From Alphaproteobacteria bacterium (GTDB lineage: Bacteria; Pseudomonadota; Alphaproteobacteria; Caulobacterales; Hyphomonadaceae): DNA of 64,000 bases. The position numbers and the translations under genes are program-made. The stretch's first letter is position 1; each line of letters opens with the position of its first letter. This document shows, in pieces, positions 26,342 to 36,090 of this stretch. Under the pieces are notes generated by a model. The model was not told the origin of the DNA. It saw only the letters and a list, made by a program, of their open reading frames with translations, and did no database searches. The stretch covers positions 14,047 through 78,046 of the forward strand of contig JAHJYW010000015.1 of the NCBI GenBank assembly GCA_018827375.1, given 5' to 3'.

Positions 26342-27322
26342 ATGATCAGGATCGGCATTCTCGGCGCAGCCAAAATTGCACCAAAAGCAGTCATCTCACC
26401 GGCCAGCGCGCGCACAGACTGCGAAGTGGTCGCCGTGGCAGCGCGCGACGCCCAACGCGCACGGGAGTATGCCGACGAACATGGCATTCCGCATGTGGCT
26501 GAATCCTACGAAGCCTTGCTGGCGCGCGACGATATTGACCTGATCTATAATGCCCTGCCCCCGCACCGCCATGCTGACCTGACCATAGCGGCGCTGGAGG
26601 CGGGTAAGGCAGTGTTGTGCGAAAAACCCTTCGCGATGAATGCAGAAGAAGCCGACCGTATGGTCCAGGCCTCAGTCCGTGCCGGACGCCCCCTCATTGA
26701 GGCTTTTCATTATCGCTTCCATCCGGCCTTGCAGCGCGTGCTCGACATTGTTCGCAGCGGAGAGCTGGGCGCCGTGCGCCGCATCGAGGCAGCCTTTGAC
26801 GTGACCATACCCTACCGTCCCGGCGAGCTGCGTCATACTTTGGCGGTCGGCGGCGGCGCGCTGATGGACCTTGGCTGCTACCCGCTCCACGCCGTGCGAA
26901 CCCTGCTGGGCGCCGAGCCGACCATCCTCTCCGCCACAGCCCACTGCGATCATCCCGGAGTCGATATTACAACGTCGGCCGAACTGGCCTTCCCGGGCGG
27001 CGAGACGGCCTCGATCCATACGAGCATGGCGCCGGACACGCCCTTCGATGCCTGGATACGCGTCCACGGATCAGACGGCCATCTGGAGATCACGAACCCC
27101 GTCCATCCCCATCGCGGCCACAGCATCACAACCACGATCAGGGGGAAAGCCGAGACCTTCACGGCCGACGGCCAGTCGACCTACGACCACCAGCTCGCCC
27201 ATGTGATGGATGTGCTGGCAGAACGCGCTGCGCCCCTGACAGGTGGCAAGGATGCCGTCGGCAACATGGCGGCCATCGACGCGATCTATCGCGCCGCCGG
27301 GCTCAATCCACGCGGCCTCTGA
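26342..27322 (+). CDS. Gfo/Idh/MocA-family oxidoreductase
   Basis: IRIGILGAAKIA, KAVLCEKPFA, EAFHYRFHP, GGGALMDLGCY. Confidence 0.93.
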   Translation: MIRIGILGAAKIAPKAVISPASARTDCEVVAVAARDAQRAREYADEHGIPHVAESYEALLARDDIDLIYNALPPHRHADLTIAALEAGKAVLCEKPFAMNAEEADRMVQASVRAGRPLIEAFHYRFHPALQRVLDIVRSGELGAVRRIEAAFDVTIPYRPGELRHTLAVGGGALMDLGCYPLHAVRTLLGAEPTILSATAHCDHPGVDITTSAELAFPGGETASIHTSMAPDTPFDAWIRVHGSDGHLEITNPVHPHRGHSITTTIRGKAETFTADGQSTYDHQLAHVMDVLAERAAPLTGGKDAVGNMAAIDAIYRAAGLNPRGL

Positions 27323-28930
27323 TCAGGCGGCGCTGGCCTGCGCCATGCTGATCCAGCCTTCGACTTCGTCTTCCTCGAACTTGGCATCTTCCCAGAGAAC
27401 CCGCTCGCCCTGAGGTGACGTCAGGAAATCCATCGACGCCAGGAACACATCCCGCGCCGAGGCCGAGGCCAGCTCGGCCGCCGTGCGGATGCCCGCCCCC
27501 ACCAGGATCTGCGCGTCATGCACCCGCAGGCCCGGCACATCCATCATCAGGCGCGTCTGGTCCTGCCAGTCGACCAGCGTGTCGGCATCAATGTGATGCA
27601 CATTCAGGAAGCTCGCTGTTTCTTCGGGGTCTGAATCCATCAGGTCGCCGACCGTCGTGATGCCCGCACGCCCGAGGCGCTTGGCCGTTTTCCGCCCGAT
27701 CGACGGCGCATCCACGACGGAAGACTCACGCGTCAGACGCCCACGTCCGCCAATCTCCGCGACCGGTGCAGGCTCAGGCGCAGTCTCGGCGACCGGTTCC
27801 GGCACGGGCTCTGGCGCAGGCATTGGCTTGGGTGTTTCGTTGACGGCTTCCGGCTTGCTCACCGGCTTCGGCTCCATCTTCGCAACGGTCGGTTTTGGCG
27901 CAGGCTTGGAAACAGGTTTCGGCGCCGGAGCTTCTGCCTTTGGTTCGTCATTAAGCGCCTTCTTCACGGCGCTGCCCAGTGGCGCAAGCTCCTGCGCGTC
28001 GAGTTGCTTCAGCGGTACGCGCAACACCTGTTTCGCATGCAGTTTGCGGATGGCCTTGTCATCGTCCGGCAAGGTCTTCACGACTTTGCCGGTCTTCTGG
28101 AATTCGGCATACATGCGCTCGACCTGGCGGCGGTCACCCGCATCGGCCAGCTTCTTCGAGATCATGCGCAGCGGAATATCCAGCGTCTCGATATAGCCCT
28201 GGATCGTGAGGTTCACCTTGGGCGGCGCGACGGCGGCCTCCGCGATGGCGCGCGACATCAGCACGCCCATGCCGGCCGTGGCATAGGCCACAAGGTCAGC
28301 CACGATTTCCAGCATGGTTTCGTCGAGACCGGCCGGCGGATTCTTCACGCCGACATCAAGGTCATAATGGTCGATGAACGTGTGGTAGTGGGGATGCGAC
28401 CGCTCGGCACCGGCGCGCACCATATCGGAGACGAAGCCCACGCCATCCGGCACCTCGATGTCGGGATAGCCAAGTGTCTCGATGCGGAAAGCAATCTCGT
28501 CGTGCGACTTGGCGATACTCCACTCCACCGCGCGATGGATCGCGCCTTCTTCCTCGGTCTGGCCTGTATGGAAGGGCTGCAGCGGGTCAGCGTAATAATG
28601 GCTCAGGACGCCGAGCGCATAGGCGGCCTCGCTCCACTTCCTGCGCGCCAGCAGGTCGACAGCCGTGGCGTACCACTCGGTGGCCTTGTCACGCGCACCG
28701 CCCCATTCGCCCTCGGAAATGTGCAGGACGTGATTGCGGAAATCCTTGAATGTCGTGTCAGGCGCCTTCGCGCCTTTCAGCAGGTGCTCGTGATGCACGA
28801 GAAAAAGAGACTTCCAGCGCTCGGAGTCATCGCCCGCAATCAGGTCCAGCGCATTGAAAGCGATATGGTGATGGGTCGACGTACAGCGGTGCGCACGGAT
28901 AACCCGTTCCAGCAGGGACATGTCGCTCAC
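27323..28930 (-). CDS. Zn-dependent phospholipase C/P1-nuclease-fold domain + Pro-rich linker + DUF4332-like C-terminus
   Basis: THHHIA, KAPD, NHVLH, GVLSHYYADPLQPFH, HRAVE; C-terminal DAPSIG.KTA.RL...GI.TV.DL and WQDQ.RLM..VPGLR. Confidence 0.8.
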   Translation of the reverse strand: MSDMSLLERVIRAHRCTSTHHHIAFNALDLIAGDDSERWKSLFLVHHEHLLKGAKAPDTTFKDFRNHVLHISEGEWGGARDKATEWYATAVDLLARRKWSEAAYALGVLSHYYADPLQPFHTGQTEEEGAIHRAVEWSIAKSHDEIAFRIETLGYPDIEVPDGVGFVSDMVRAGAERSHPHYHTFIDHYDLDVGVKNPPAGLDETMLEIVADLVAYATAGMGVLMSRAIAEAAVAPPKVNLTIQGYIETLDIPLRMISKKLADAGDRRQVERMYAEFQKTGKVVKTLPDDDKAIRKLHAKQVLRVPLKQLDAQELAPLGSAVKKALNDEPKAEAPAPKPVSKPAPKPTVAKMEPKPVSKPEAVNETPKPMPAPEPVPEPVAETAPEPAPVAEIGGRGRLTRESSVVDAPSIGRKTAKRLGRAGITTVGDLMDSDPEETASFLNVHHIDADTLVDWQDQTRLMMDVPGLRVHDAQILVGAGIRTAAELASASARDVFLASMDFLTSPQGERVLWEDAKFEEDEVEGWISMAQASAA

Positions 28931-28972
28931 TCCGGTCTGTTGATGCCACAGACAAGACGTGCGCGAAGATGG

Positions 28973-28988
28973 TTACCGCGAAATTAAC
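28973..28988. promoter_or_regulatory. CtrA-box-like site TTAC-N7-TTAAC
   Basis: One mismatch to TTAA-N7-TTAAC, about 43 bp upstream of the DUF4332 gene. Confidence 0.35.
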
Positions 28989-29036
28989 CCTTCGCGATGC
29001 GGGCGAGATTTGCATCCCGCCCGCTGCGAACAGGTA

Positions 29037-30377
29037 TTATCTGACCGCAAAATCCGTTGGTTCGGTGCTTTTGCCCTTGGTGTCTTTTTCGCCCTTGGGC
29101 TGGCCGTGCTTCTGCGCGCCCATGAAGCCAAAGATGTGGCCGGCGACCTTGCGCATCTGGATCTCCTCGGAGCCTTCCGTGATGCGATAGCGGCGATGGT
29201 GGCGATAGATGTGCTCGAATGGCGTGTGGCGTGAATAGCCCATGCCGCCATGGATCTGCATCGCGCGGTCGGCCGCGTTGCAGCAGAGCCGGTTTGCCCG
29301 GTAGTTGCACATCGACACCTTGTCCGACAGCTTGATCGCCACTTCGGGTTTGGACATCTGGTCCATCTCCCATGCCGTCTTGAAGATCAGCAGGCGCAGC
29401 ATCTCGGCTTCCGACATAAGCTCGACAATCGGGAACTGGATGGCCTGGTTGGTTGACAGTTTCTTGCCAAAGGGCGCGCGCGTATTGGCGTAGTCGATGG
29501 ACTCATCAATGCAGAACAGCGCTGCACCAACCGAGCTGGCAGCCTGGCGAATACGGTTCTCGTGCACAAAATGCTGGGCCAGCGCGAGGCCGCCTTCAGG
29601 TGGACCAAACACGGCGCTTTCGGGCACCCACACGTCCTTGATAGTCAGGCGTGGGTGATCGGTCGGCATGTTGAATGTCCACATGTACTCGAGGATCTCG
29701 ATGCCGGGATCATCTGCCGGCACGAGCAGGCAGGTAATCCCGCGGGCATCGCCATCCTCGCCGCTGGTGCGGGCAAAGCACATCATGTGGCTGGCATGGT
29801 GCATGCCGGTGATCCACATCTTCTCGCCATTGATCAGCCAGCCATCCTTGCCGTCTTTCTTGTGGCGGACCGCGCGGGTTTCCATGTGCGTGGCGTCAGA
29901 GCCGTGGTTGGGTTCCGTCAGGCCGAAGGTCGCGCGGAACTTGCCCTCAAGGGCCGCCGTTGCGAGGTGTTTCTGGTCCTCGCGGGCAAAGTCACGCAGC
30001 ATCAGGATCTGCGGCATGTTGCCGACGATCGAATGCTCGTTCTGCAGGTCATTGTGCAGGCCAAGCCCCTTGCGGGCGAGATGCTCGCGGATGATCGCCA
30101 TCGCCAGGTTTGATCCGTTCTGACCGCCATACTCCTTGGGCAAGCCATACCGCAGGTGTCCCGCTTCATCCGCAAGGCGTCTCGCCTCGCCGAGCAGCGC
30201 TTCCCATTCCTTGCGGGGCAGGCCCTGGTTCTCGAAATCCGTGCGGGCCCATTCGCGGCGATGGTCGAAGAAACGGATATTGTCGTCCTTCTGCTCCAGC
30301 GGCTTGATTTTGTCCTCGATGAACTGGTCGAGGACGACCAGATAGTCGGCGATATCCTGCGGAATGCTGAAGTCCAT
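29037..30377 (-). CDS. Acyl-CoA dehydrogenase
   Basis: TFGLTEPNHGSDA, INGEKMWIT, AMQIHGGMG, RYRITEGSEEI. Confidence 0.93.
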   Translation of the reverse strand: MDFSIPQDIADYLVVLDQFIEDKIKPLEQKDDNIRFFDHRREWARTDFENQGLPRKEWEALLGEARRLADEAGHLRYGLPKEYGGQNGSNLAMAIIREHLARKGLGLHNDLQNEHSIVGNMPQILMLRDFAREDQKHLATAALEGKFRATFGLTEPNHGSDATHMETRAVRHKKDGKDGWLINGEKMWITGMHHASHMMCFARTSGEDGDARGITCLLVPADDPGIEILEYMWTFNMPTDHPRLTIKDVWVPESAVFGPPEGGLALAQHFVHENRIRQAASSVGAALFCIDESIDYANTRAPFGKKLSTNQAIQFPIVELMSEAEMLRLLIFKTAWEMDQMSKPEVAIKLSDKVSMCNYRANRLCCNAADRAMQIHGGMGYSRHTPFEHIYRHHRRYRITEGSEEIQMRKVAGHIFGFMGAQKHGQPKGEKDTKGKSTEPTDFAVR

Positions 30378-30623
30378 TTTGTTTTCTCCCTGGCACGTGG
30401 CCTTGTTCTTTGCGCCACTCTAACTCAGGCGCTGGCAGGAGCAATTTGTGTCGTAGGGGCAACCTGACTGGCCTTTCGCTTACGCCGGGGCATCGTCCGA
30501 ATTCTGCATCCTGAACGCTTGACGAATTATTCAGCGTTTGATAGTCATTAAACGGAAGGGGAAGATGCCCTTTATCCACCGCGTTGTACGCACACACACA
30601 ACCTCGAACAAAGGCACCCTCCC

Positions 30624-30920
30624 ATGCTCCGTTCCGCTCTTCTAGGCGCCGCTGCCCTGGCCCTCACCGCTCCTGCTTTTGCCGCAAATTTCGTTTTCGA
30701 AACGGCAGAGCCTGTTGCTGAAAAGCACATCATCGCTGAAAGCATTGTCTGGACCTGCGAAGGCACGACCTGCGTCGGCGACCTCGACCGCAAGAAAGCT
30801 TCTGTTCGCATCTGCAAGAAGATTGCAAAGGAAGTCGGCGTCGTCACAGCCCTTCGCAATGAGTCTTCGGAACTCACGGCTGACGAAATCGAATCCTGCA
30901 AGTCTTCGGCCAAGAGCTAG
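30624..30920 (+). CDS. Small secreted Cys-containing protein (CC_3452-like)
   Basis: Signal peptide (APAFA), W.CEGT.C, C...AKEVG.V, C near the C-terminus. Confidence 0.7.
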   Translation: MLRSALLGAAALALTAPAFAANFVFETAEPVAEKHIIAESIVWTCEGTTCVGDLDRKKASVRICKKIAKEVGVVTALRNESSELTADEIESCKSSAKS

Positions 30921-30990
30921 CGCTCTTTCGCCAACAATGACCTCTCCTCGGGCCGCCACAGGAAACTGCGGCGGCCACTTTTCTCATGGC

Positions 30991-31386
30991 TCAATCATCC
31001 GCAGGCTCGACAGGTTGCCATAGTTCCACCTTGCGACCGTCGGGGTCCATGACCCATACAAAATGGCCATAGGACTCGTTCAGTGGCTCCCCCTGCAGTT
31101 CAACGCCTTCCTGCTGCAGGCGCGCGATCATGCCTGGCATGTCATCGACCATCAGGTTCATCATGAAGTCGCTGTCTGACGGCTTGAAATAGGTGCTGTC
31201 CCCCTTGAACGGCGACCAGACAGTCTGGGCGCCTCGCGGGAACATGCTTGCAGCCGTGGCATGGCTGAACATGCTGCCGCCGAACTCCTCGATCCGGATA
31301 CCCAGGACACGCGCATACCAGGCCCGCGTCGCCTCGACATCCTTGCAAAGAAAAAACAGCCCTCCCAGGCCAATTACTTTCGCCAT
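30991..31386 (-). CDS. VOC/glyoxalase-family protein
   Basis: KVIGLGGLFF, FM.NLMVDD, YG.F.W..DPDG.KVELWQP. Confidence 0.9.
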   Translation of the reverse strand: MAKVIGLGGLFFLCKDVEATRAWYARVLGIRIEEFGGSMFSHATAASMFPRGAQTVWSPFKGDSTYFKPSDSDFMMNLMVDDMPGMIARLQQEGVELQGEPLNESYGHFVWVMDPDGRKVELWQPVEPADD

Positions 31387-31404
31387 CCCCTCACCTCGCC
31401 TTCA

Positions 31405-31791
31405 TCATATGGCCGCGATCGCGTCAGCAAGCAGGTCGCGCACCTCGCCCGCCACGCGCTTGAGTTCATCATTATCGATTGCCTGCATAGATGCCAGTGG
31501 ATCAACCGCGCTGACCTCAACATCATCGCCAACCTGCCTCAGGATCACGTTGCAGGGCAGCATCGCGCCCACATGTGGTTCAATCTTGATCGCCTGATAG
31601 GCCATATTCGGATTGCAGGCGCCGAGGATGCAATAGGCCGGCATGTCGACATCAAGCTTCTTCTTCATTGTGGCGCTGACATCGATCTCGGTCAGCACCC
31701 CAAACCCCTTGTCCGACAGCGCCTTGCGCGTGCGCTGGTCGACAGCGTCAAAGTCTGCTTCGGTGATCGTCCTGTTGATCGTATATGACAT
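31405..31791 (-). CDS. DUF302-family protein
   Basis: GFGVLTEIDV..TMKKKL, Y.ILGACNP, GAMLPCNV. Confidence 0.9.
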   Translation of the reverse strand: MSYTINRTITEADFDAVDQRTRKALSDKGFGVLTEIDVSATMKKKLDVDMPAYCILGACNPNMAYQAIKIEPHVGAMLPCNVILRQVGDDVEVSAVDPLASMQAIDNDELKRVAGEVRDLLADAIAAI

Positions 31792-31960
31792 GGTTAGGTC
31801 CGCCTCTGCTCTTGCCAGTGCGCTTTGCGTTGCGCCGTCCGCCCACATTAGCACATGCGGCTGACGCGATATTGCGGACATATCCCTAGGCCGGGCCTGT
31901 TGGCATTCACCACCGCCTAACGCATGATGACATGCGAATGATGCCACCGGAGGCCGCGCC

Positions 31961-32863
31961 ATGCCCATCGAAGCCAAACGCACGCCGGATGACCGTTTCG
32001 ACAATCTCCCCGGCTATCAGTTCGCCCCGAACTATCTCGACACCCTTCGCGGTTATGAGGGCCTGCGCGTGCATTATGTCGACGAGGGGCCGAAAGACGC
32101 CGTGCGGACTTATCTCTGCCTGCACGGAGAGCCCTCCTGGGCCTACCTCTATCGCAAGATGATTCCCGTCTTCCTTGATAGCGGTGCCCGCGTCATCGCG
32201 CCTGACTGGCTGGGTTTCGGACGCTCTGACAAGCCGGTCGATGATGCCGTCTACACATTCTCATTCCACCGCGACATGATGATTGCCCTGATCGAACGGC
32301 TCAACCTGAAGAATGTGACGCTGGTCTGCCAGGACTGGGGCGGTCTGCTCGGGCTGACGATCCCGATGGACATGCCCCAGCGCTTTGAGCGCCTCATTGT
32401 CATGAACACGGCCATCGCCACGGGTCAGTCGCCAAGCGAAGGCTTCGATAATTGGAAGGCCTACATGCGCACGCAGCCAGACGTGGATGTCGCCGCACTG
32501 ATGAAGCGCGGCACGCCTGTTCTCTCTGATGCCGAGGCCGCAGCCTATGGAGCGCCTTTTCCGGATGCCAGCTACAAGGCCGGCGTACGGCGCTTCCCGG
32601 AGCTTGTCATGACGGCCCCGGGCATGGACGGCATCGACATCTCGAAACGCGCTACCGCATGGTGGGCCAACAAATGGTCGGGCGACAGCTTCATGGCCAT
32701 TGGCGCGCAAGACCCTGTGCTCGGCACGGGCCCCATGGGTCAGCTGCAAAAGACCATTCGCGGCTGCCCACCCCCCATGATCGTGGCAGACGCCGGTCAT
32801 TTCGTTCAGGAATGGGGCGAACCGGTCGCACGCGCGGCCCTGAAGCATTTCGGTGAGCTGTGA
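31961..32863 (+). CDS. Haloalkane dehalogenase (HLD-I/DhlA-like)
   Basis: HGEPSWAYLYRKMIP, PDWLGFGRSDKP, nucleophile QDWGG, acid QDPVLG, base GHFVQE. Confidence 0.88.
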   Translation: MPIEAKRTPDDRFDNLPGYQFAPNYLDTLRGYEGLRVHYVDEGPKDAVRTYLCLHGEPSWAYLYRKMIPVFLDSGARVIAPDWLGFGRSDKPVDDAVYTFSFHRDMMIALIERLNLKNVTLVCQDWGGLLGLTIPMDMPQRFERLIVMNTAIATGQSPSEGFDNWKAYMRTQPDVDVAALMKRGTPVLSDAEAAAYGAPFPDASYKAGVRRFPELVMTAPGMDGIDISKRATAWWANKWSGDSFMAIGAQDPVLGTGPMGQLQKTIRGCPPPMIVADAGHFVQEWGEPVARAALKHFGEL

Positions 32864-33288
32864 TGGCGCAAAAGCCGGAAGCCGGTTGCGGGGCAGCCAT
32901 ATTCGATGATGACGGTCGCCTGCTTCTGATCCAGCGCCTTACCGAGCCGGAATCCGGCGCCTGGGGCCTTCCGGGCGGCAAAATAGATTTTGGCGAACCG
33001 GCCCGCGAAACCGCCCGCCGGGAGATCGCCGAGGAACTTGGCATCGATATCGAAGTCGGAAAAATCGCGTGCGTTTCTGAAATCATTAACGGTGGTGACG
33101 GTCGTCACTGGGTATCGCCAATCTTTTTTGCGCGCCTCGCTTCGGGCGAGCCGCGGCTGATGGAGCCTGAAAAACATGGAGGTTTTGGCTGGTTCTCCCT
33201 GGATGACCTTCCCGGCCACCTCACCACGCCCACACTCACCCTTCTGAAAGCCCTGCCAACAGCATCAGGCCCCTCGCGCGGCGTCTGA
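32863..33288 (+). CDS. NUDIX hydrolase
   Basis: Nudix box GGKIDFGEPARETARREIAEELG. Confidence 0.92.
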   Translation: MAQKPEAGCGAAIFDDDGRLLLIQRLTEPESGAWGLPGGKIDFGEPARETARREIAEELGIDIEVGKIACVSEIINGGDGRHWVSPIFFARLASGEPRLMEPEKHGGFGWFSLDDLPGHLTTPTLTLLKALPTASGPSRGV

Positions 33289-33301
33289 ATTCTGCTAGAA
33301 A

Positions 33302-33925
33302 ATGCCGATGAGGCGTTTGCGAATCCTGTTGATACGATTGCTGGTTGCTGACCTCGCACTCACCCTGATCTTCTTCGGCTTGACCCGGTTTGTCGACCAG
33401 ACAGACAAGATCAGCCATGGCACCGGTGTGGTGTTCTATTCCGCCTCTCCACGCGAAGCGAATGCGCGAATCGACAAGGGAATTGCCTTGCTGGAGGCCG
33501 GTAAGGTCGACCGACTCATCATGGTCGGAGGACACCGACCGCAGGAAGGGATTGTCGGCAGCCAGGATATGGCGCTCACAGCGATCCGAAAATCAGGCTA
33601 CGGCGCCAGGATCTCGGCTGACATCTCCTCCCGGGACACGATCTCCGGCTTGCAGAACCTCGCGTCTCAACCTGCAATCGCCGATACAGATCAGGTCGTA
33701 CTCATATCAAACTGCATGCACCTTTTGCGCGCAAAATTCGCCTACCACTCCTTCTCGCAGGACGCCCCCCACGCACGCTCAGCGTGTGCAAAGAGCAGTC
33801 TCAATCCTGTCGATATCTGGCAGCGGGCACATTATGAAGCGATCGCGTGGATCGTTTATGCACTGCCTGATTCCTGGCGTAGAAACATTCTGGATCGCTT
33901 GCGGGGCGGGCGATCTGGCGATTGA
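33302..33925 (+). CDS. YdcF/DUF218 (ElyC/SanA-like) protein
   Basis: N-terminal TM, RIDKGIALLEAG..DRLIMVGG, SRDT..GL, LIS...HLLRA. Confidence 0.75.
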   Translation: MPMRRLRILLIRLLVADLALTLIFFGLTRFVDQTDKISHGTGVVFYSASPREANARIDKGIALLEAGKVDRLIMVGGHRPQEGIVGSQDMALTAIRKSGYGARISADISSRDTISGLQNLASQPAIADTDQVVLISNCMHLLRAKFAYHSFSQDAPHARSACAKSSLNPVDIWQRAHYEAIAWIVYALPDSWRRNILDRLRGGRSGD

Positions 33926-34186
33926 CCAAGGCTTTTCATTCCGCCCTGCGGACTTTGCCAAGAGCGACCTTGCCTGTTCGCTGATTATGACGAAGGCAGC
34001 CTCAGCCTCACACCCTCCCTGTCGCGTGACTTCAAGCTCGGATCAGCAGGCATTGGCGCCCGTATCGGCTACAAGGACTACGCGACGTTCGGCCTCGAAT
34101 ATGCCGAGCCATGGGATCTTCCCGTGACCGGCTTTAGTGACGACTCAGTCGTCACCGTCAGTTGGGCTTTTAAATACCAACCCTGA
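33926..34186 (+). pseudogene. C-terminal remnant of an outer-membrane beta-barrel (ShlB/FhaC-like) gene
   Basis: Start-less open frame ..[53 protein letters not shown] with alternating beta-strand pattern. Confidence 0.6.
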
Positions 34187-34383
34187 AATGGAACACTATA
34201 ATTGCTTCCCCGGCCCGCTTTCGCGGTTGCCTCAGGCTAAATTGGGTCACTTGCAGTTATGTTAGCGCTATAAGTGTTTCAAAAATGCCTTGGGGCAGGC
34301 ATGAATGTTGCAGATTTTTGGTACGGGCCAACACTGGCTCAATCAATTTTGCCAAAGCGCCAAAGTCAAAGTCCGAGGAAACA

Positions 34384-35976
34384 ATGAGCGATCAAGTAGC
34401 AATTCTCGCCGAGCTGGGTGTCCGCCCATTATCTGTCCGCAAGAACTGGAAAGAGGCGACGTTGTATGAAACGTCGATCGCAAATGGCGAGTCGCGCGTT
34501 GCCAATGGCGGCGCCCTCGTTGTCGAAACGGGCCAGCACACCGGACGCTCCGCCAAGGACAAGTTCACGGTTCGCGACACCACGACGGAAAACACCGTCT
34601 GGTGGGATAATAATGCCTCCATGACGCCCGAGCAGTTCGACGTGCTTCTTGAAGACTTCAAGACCCATCTCGCGCGCCAGGATATCTTCGCCCAGGAACT
34701 CTTTGGCGGCGCTGACCCGGATCACCGCCTGCCGGTCACGGTCATCAACGAGCTTGCCTGGCATTCGCTCTTCATCCGCCACCTCCTCCGTGTGCCGACC
34801 GACGCAGAGTATGCGAACTTCAAATCCGAATTCACGATCATCAACTGCCCGACCTTCCGCGCCGATCCGGCACGTCACGGCACACGGTCTGAAACGGTTA
34901 TCGCGGTGAACTTTGCCAAACGCATGGTTCTGATCGGCGGCACGTCCTATGCTGGCGAAACCAAGAAATCCGTGTTCACGGCTCTTAACTACTACCTCCC
35001 TACGCAAGGCGTCATGCCGATGCATTGCTCGGTCAACACATCCGACAAGGATGACGCGGCGATCTTCTTCGGCCTGTCCGGCACCGGTAAGACAACGCTG
35101 TCGGCCGATGCCAGCCGCATCCTGATCGGCGACGACGAGCATGGCTGGTCAGAAAATGGCCTCTTCAATTTCGAGGGCGGCTGCTACGCCAAGATGATCA
35201 AGCTGTCAGCCGAGGCCGAACCGGAAATCTTCGCGACGACAAAGCAGTGGGGCACGGTCCTCGAAAACGTCGTAATGGATCCCGAGACACGCGAGCTTGA
35301 TCTGGACGATGCCACGCTGGCCGAGAACTCGCGCGGCGCCTATCCGATTTCGGCCATTCCGAACGCATCGGAATCCGGCACTTGTGGCCAGCCGAAAAAC
35401 CTCATCATGCTGACGGCTGACGCTTTCGGCGTCATGCCGCCCATCGCCAAGCTCACACCGGCCCAGGCCATGTACCACTTCCTGTCTGGCTACACGGCCA
35501 AGGTGGCTGGCACCGAGAAGGGCGTCACCGAGCCCACCGCCACTTTCTCCACCTGTTTCGGCGGCCCGTTCATGCCGCGTCACCCGTCCGAATACGGTAA
35601 CCTCCTGCGTGATCTCATCGGCAAGTATGATGTCGACTGCTGGCTGGTTTCGACCGGCTGGACAGGCGGCCCTTATGGTCAGGGCAACCGCATGCCAATC
35701 AAGGCAACGCGCGCCCTGCTCAACGCAGCACTCGACGGTTCGCTGAACGATGTGAAGTTCCGCAAGGATGACACATTCGGCTTCATGGTGCCTGAGGCCG
35801 TGCCAGGCGTGGACACGAAAATCCTCAATCCGCGTTCGACATGGGCCGATCCGGCGGCCTATGACAAACAGGCCGCGAAACTCGCCGACATGTTTGTGGC
35901 AAACTTTGCCAAGTTTGAACCATATGTTGACGAAACTGTACGGGCCAGCGCGCCGAAGGCGAAAACGCCTGCCTGA
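34384..35976 (+). CDS. pckA: Phosphoenolpyruvate carboxykinase (ATP)
   Basis: [45 protein letters not shown]. Confidence 0.97.
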   Translation: MSDQVAILAELGVRPLSVRKNWKEATLYETSIANGESRVANGGALVVETGQHTGRSAKDKFTVRDTTTENTVWWDNNASMTPEQFDVLLEDFKTHLARQDIFAQELFGGADPDHRLPVTVINELAWHSLFIRHLLRVPTDAEYANFKSEFTIINCPTFRADPARHGTRSETVIAVNFAKRMVLIGGTSYAGETKKSVFTALNYYLPTQGVMPMHCSVNTSDKDDAAIFFGLSGTGKTTLSADASRILIGDDEHGWSENGLFNFEGGCYAKMIKLSAEAEPEIFATTKQWGTVLENVVMDPETRELDLDDATLAENSRGAYPISAIPNASESGTCGQPKNLIMLTADAFGVMPPIAKLTPAQAMYHFLSGYTAKVAGTEKGVTEPTATFSTCFGGPFMPRHPSEYGNLLRDLIGKYDVDCWLVSTGWTGGPYGQGNRMPIKATRALLNAALDGSLNDVKFRKDDTFGFMVPEAVPGVDTKILNPRSTWADPAAYDKQAAKLADMFVANFAKFEPYVDETVRASAPKAKTPA

Positions 35977-36090
35977 CACTGCGATTTCCTGACGCTAACG
36001 TTAAGGGAAGGCTGGCGCCTGCGGCGTCAGCCCGTTAGTGTGCGCCGCAAACACCGAATATCTTTGTAAAAACTTCTGGAGGAAGACCAA

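Noticed and set aside
27700-27950. Repetitive PKP/PEP-coding stretch in the DUF4332 gene, and similar stretches in 43100-44300
   Set aside because: Low-complexity protein linkers, not DNA-level tandem repeats.
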